A stretch of DNA of 64,000 nt from positions 1,922,001 to 1,986,000 of the forward strand of contig CDLV01000005.1 of assembly GCA_001244265.2 (NCBI GenBank), in the 5' to 3' direction. Both the position numbers and the translations under genes were made by a program. The notes under the pieces are model-generated. The model did no database searches and was not told where the DNA came from. It saw nothing but the letters and a program-made list of their open reading frames with translations. Shown in pieces: positions 60,318 through 64,000 of the stretch (its first letter is position 1; each line of letters starts with the position of its first letter). The DNA comes from Microbotryum violaceum (taxonomy: Eukaryota).

Positions 60318-60874
60318 ATGTTCCGCTCCAGCTTCATCGTTCTAGCTATCATCGCGACCATGACTTCGAACATCCTCGCCACAGGAGACGGCCCTAAGCC
60401 CCTCTCCGGGCTCGAATTCGACTGTGCGATGAACGCCACCGGAAGTGCGTCTGCACGTGCCATCGTAGGTCATTTCAACTTATTACAAATCCCATGCGAC
60501 TTTCATGCTGAAGCGTCTTCTATGATCAAAGACACAGCTTTGTAAGGGCAATAGCTGAGAGGGTAAATTATTGGCAATTTGTAGTGCCCAACGGCGACGG
60601 AATGGGAGTGCATTTATGCGCCTGATGATGTGTCGACTCAATACGCCCAAGCGATCATGGCTTATACCAGTGAGTCCGGGAACACAATCACTTGAGCCTT
60701 AGCAGAGTGCTCACGGTGGTGTGATACCTCGCCAGGGGCCCACCACATATGCCACAAATACACCAAGAAGATTGCAAAATTTGGATGTGCGAAATGCGAG
60801 TACCAGACCAAGGCGGAGCCAACTAGTGAGGCATGCTTATTATCAGAGGACACGCTTTCGGACCAACTAAAGTA
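60318..60874 (+). CDS. putative small secreted Cys-rich protein (exon structure uncertain; possibly pseudogene)
   Basis: Signal-like MFRSSFIVLAIIATMTSNILA, followed by CPTATEWEC...CSRWCD...C...GCAKC. An in-frame TGA near 60693 must be skipped by a 36-nt GT-AG intron or is a lesion. Confidence 0.5.
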
Positions 60875-61317
60875 GCGCCGTGTCTTGACTTGCCGTCACA
60901 CCTAGCCTGCTGGAAGAAGCTAAAGGACGCCGCGGTTCTCCAGGGGCTGCCGTGGTAGCCGCCTCGTCAAGTTCGCCATGCTGAACAACTCCTTCTCTCG
61001 GAAATTGGCCTGATGCTGGTCCCAACTTCTCAGTAATTGGCCTGAAGCTGGTCACACCTCCTCAGTTCGAGCTCCTTGTTCGATATTGCTTTCTCGTACA
61101 TGCTCCAAGTTCAACCCCGAGTTCAGTCGAGTCGGCTTGCCCCGCTCCATCCTCAGCTTCTTCTTATTCTCATCTCCTTTCTTAGTCTGCTCCTCCTGGG
61201 CAGCTTTCCTTTCCCTTTAAAGCTTGGGTAGCGGCCCATTTTTTTGTTTGTGAGAAAATACATCATTTGTGCACAAAAGGGCAAACGGAATCGCAGAGAG
61301 CTCGACAGAGCATAGTG

Positions 61318-61398
61318 TTCAAACTGCGAGCGTTCAGGTAGTACATTGCGACACGTATGGTACCGTACGCTTTAAGTTGAAGAGCGTGCCATCGCTCA
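61318..61398 (+). mobile_element. ~80-bp diverged relic of the Copia family at 8311-17347
   Basis: CAGGTAGTACATTGCGACACGTATGG...AAGTTGAAGAG...CATCGCTC matches 9645-9725 with substitutions. Confidence 0.7.
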
Positions 61399-61803
61399 AG
61401 AATATGGTTATACAAGTCTAAGAAAACCCCTGAAGACCCCAGGGTTATACAAGTCTGAAAAAAACCCACCGATGGGTGGTCCACTCCGTTTCAACCCCAA
61501 GTCGCGCCCGCGTCCCCTTGCGCACGTCGAATCCTCCAGAGAGCTTGTTCGATAGCGCGTTGCTTACATGAGCCGTCCTCGATCTGCTACTCAAGGATCG
61601 CTACGACGGTCACGCCACGAGACTTGGTTGCACACCAAACCTCAAGACCAATCTCCATAGATCGCAATTAGCGGACTGTCGTCGATCTAATGATCTCCCC
61701 GGTTGTCGGACTTGCGGCCGCTCGACGCACCGTCTCCTTTTCGCTCGTGGTCACAGCGCGCACGGACATCGTCTCCTCTCCGGCAGAACTGCACAACTCT
61801 TTG

Positions 61804-61855
61804 TTCGTCTTCGTCTTCTTCTTCTTCTTCTTCTTCTTCTTCTTCTTCTTCTTCC
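61804..61855. repeat. (TTC)n microsatellite
   Basis: Directly visible run. Confidence 0.95.
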
Positions 61856-61884
61856 TCGCCTTTCCCGAATTATAACTCATCTCC

Positions 61885-64000
61885 TGGACTGCGTCCTGTG
61901 TTCTCTCCGTGGATCGTTCGTCAGTCCAAGTTCGGCATGTGGTCGACTGAGGGCGCCACTCAAGGCTACTCGGCTTGCAAAGCTGAGCTTGTTGGCGGGA
62001 TCATCGACGACTTCGGAACAGACCGCTTGTATCGTGTGGTCGCTGAGCGTATTCTGGCCAGCCGTGCGGATGCCGGAATATCGCTTCCACTTGGATGTGA
62101 CCATGTCGAAGAGGAACCTTGTACGCGCCACTGCAAGAATGTCGCCAAGTGTCAGCATATTCGATTATGCCATGCATCTCGCCGGGAACTAAGGATCTCA
62201 CGCTTGGCGACTTTCTTGGCGCGTGCAAGGTTCCTCTTCGACATGGTCACTGTAAGGGTTTGATCCTTCAAATGTCGCGAGAGCTGCTACAATCGACTGT
62301 TGACTTGTTCTGGTCGTTTCAGGTTGATCCAAATTGAAGTCCTCCCAAAAGGTCTAAAGGAAAGAAAGACTATCCAAAGGTACTGTGACAAATCTATTCA
62401 AATGAGAGGAGAGCAGAGCAGAGCCTCATCAGCAACTTTACCACGCGCGCTTCAGAACAGTCTAGAGCATGCGCAGTTCAGAGCCGTTCTAGATCAATTC
62501 AGGCATAAAGCGCGTAAAGCGCATTCAGCCCTGCACTGCTAGATTGCTCTAGATTCTGTCTGGAAATCCAGATATTCAGTGCGCTTCCAGAGCTTCCAGA
62601 GCATTTCCAGAGCATTTCCAGTGCAATTCAGAGCATTTCCAGAGCATTTCCAGTGCCATTTCAGACCAATTATGACATATTCAGTAAGTGTTATGTGCAA
62701 TGGTATGATCTCATTGCATTTACAGCCAAACCTTCGAGACTCTACGTTCTTCTAAGAGCACAAGTTAGGCATCAAACCCGAACAAAGCCGCTTCAGCGCA
62801 CGTTGTCTCAGTTGTGGGCAAGGCCCGTGGGAGGGGCGCATCCCTCTCATCCTCCTTCCCAAGTCCAGAATGGACTTCATCGTCGGGGACCTTAGTACGG
62901 TTCGAATCGGAACGTCTTCATGCGTTCGTTCTCAAGCTTCCTAACTTGTTGTTGGAGGTTTTCCCGGTCGAGAAGAGTGCCTCACCGACCGACACTCCTG
63001 TTGTGGCCGAGCATAGGTGCGAGCTGGAGCCCGGTCACCCCAAAGACCGCTACAAGCTCAACCCACCGAAGCCGCTCGCAATTCGTGGCATTCAAGAGAT
63101 GCTTGCTGAACCATTTGGCGGTATTGTCTACAAGGTCTACTTCAAAGGGCAGACCAGCAAGAAGAGTGACGGTCAGCCTCGACGCTGACCACCCGGATCT
63201 GGGCACTGTGGGATGCCTACTACGCTGGCCACAGCACTCCATTGAAATTCTGGATGACCCGGGAATACCAATGCAAGGGCGAAGGCCCGCTTTGGGAAAA
63301 ATCACGGAACCTGGACACGGAGCGACAGGCAAATGGCGCTATCAGCTTTCATACAATGCGACTCCACGAACGTGATCTCGCGGATCAGGAAGGAAAAGCT
63401 GGCGGAAGGGTCACTCACATAGCCAAAATGCGTGTCGACCGGGAAAACCTCCTGCAACAAGTCAGGAAGCTTGAGGACGAACGCATGAAGACGTTCCGAT
63501 TCAAACCGCACTAAGGTCCACGACGATGAAGGCCATTCTGGACTTGGGAAGGAGGATGTGAGGAGTGCGCCCCTCCCACGGGCCTTGCCCACAACTGAGA
63601 CAACTTGCTTTTCTCTCGTTTGAATAGATTTGTCACAGTACCTTTGGAGACTTTCTTCGAATAGTATTTCTTTCCTCTAGGCCTTTTGGAGGGGCTTCAA
63701 TTTGGATCAACATGAAACGACCAGAACACGTCAACAGTCGATTGTAGCAGTTCTCGCGACATTTGAGAGATCAACCCTTACAGTCACATCCAAGATGAAG
63801 CGACATTCCGGCATCCGCACTGCAGGCCAGGACAACCTCAGCGACCACACGATGGAGGTGGCCTGTTCTGATGTCGTCGATGACCGCAAACCTCAGCTTT
63901 GCAAGCCGAGCAGCCGTGAGTGGCGCCCTCAGTCGACCACATACCGGACTTGGACTGACGAACGATCCCGCCGCCGGGAGCGAACACAGGACGCAGTCCA
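61885..64000. repeat. second large inverted duplication (arms ~61885-62985 and ~63430-64000+, running off the window)
   Basis: GGACTGCGTCCTGTGTTC at 61886 is the reverse complement of the window end. 62800-62970 pairs with 63435-63605 (both arms encode ENL.QQVRKLE.ERMKTFRF). Confidence 0.88.

Noticed and set aside
61668-61880. Poly-K / poly-F / poly-S ORFs
   Set aside because: They are translations of the (TTC)n microsatellite.

Overview
Eukaryotic, intron-rich, transposon-dense fungal DNA, most consistent with a basidiomycete (a Microbotryum-like Pucciniomycotina fungus is my inference, not proven). Host genes include cytosine deaminase, WDR48/UAF1, a TPT/SLC35C2-like transporter, a DUF1365 protein, an atypical Rab-like GTPase, a DUF1857 protein, farnesyltransferase beta, OST5, a possible Med2/Med29, and several Cys-rich secreted proteins. 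The standout feature is a ~17 kb unit (about 3148-20280, ~8.1 kb once nested LTR elements are removed) bounded by long inverted repeats. It has no recognisable transposase. It encodes a spliced PrimPol(AEP)-Zn finger-UL9-like SF2 helicase fusion head-to-head with a ZnF/HMG-box protein, and carries a captured, intron-containing Argonaute PIWI fragment between copies of its subterminal repeat. A Copia element splits the primase-helicase gene and is itself split by a Gag-deficient chromoviral Gypsy element. Also present are an apparently self-priming miniature LTR element whose LTRs are split by a Helitron fragment and a LINE, a decayed Copia, and two kb-scale inverted duplications. All calls are by eye; exon boundaries are approximate unless stated.
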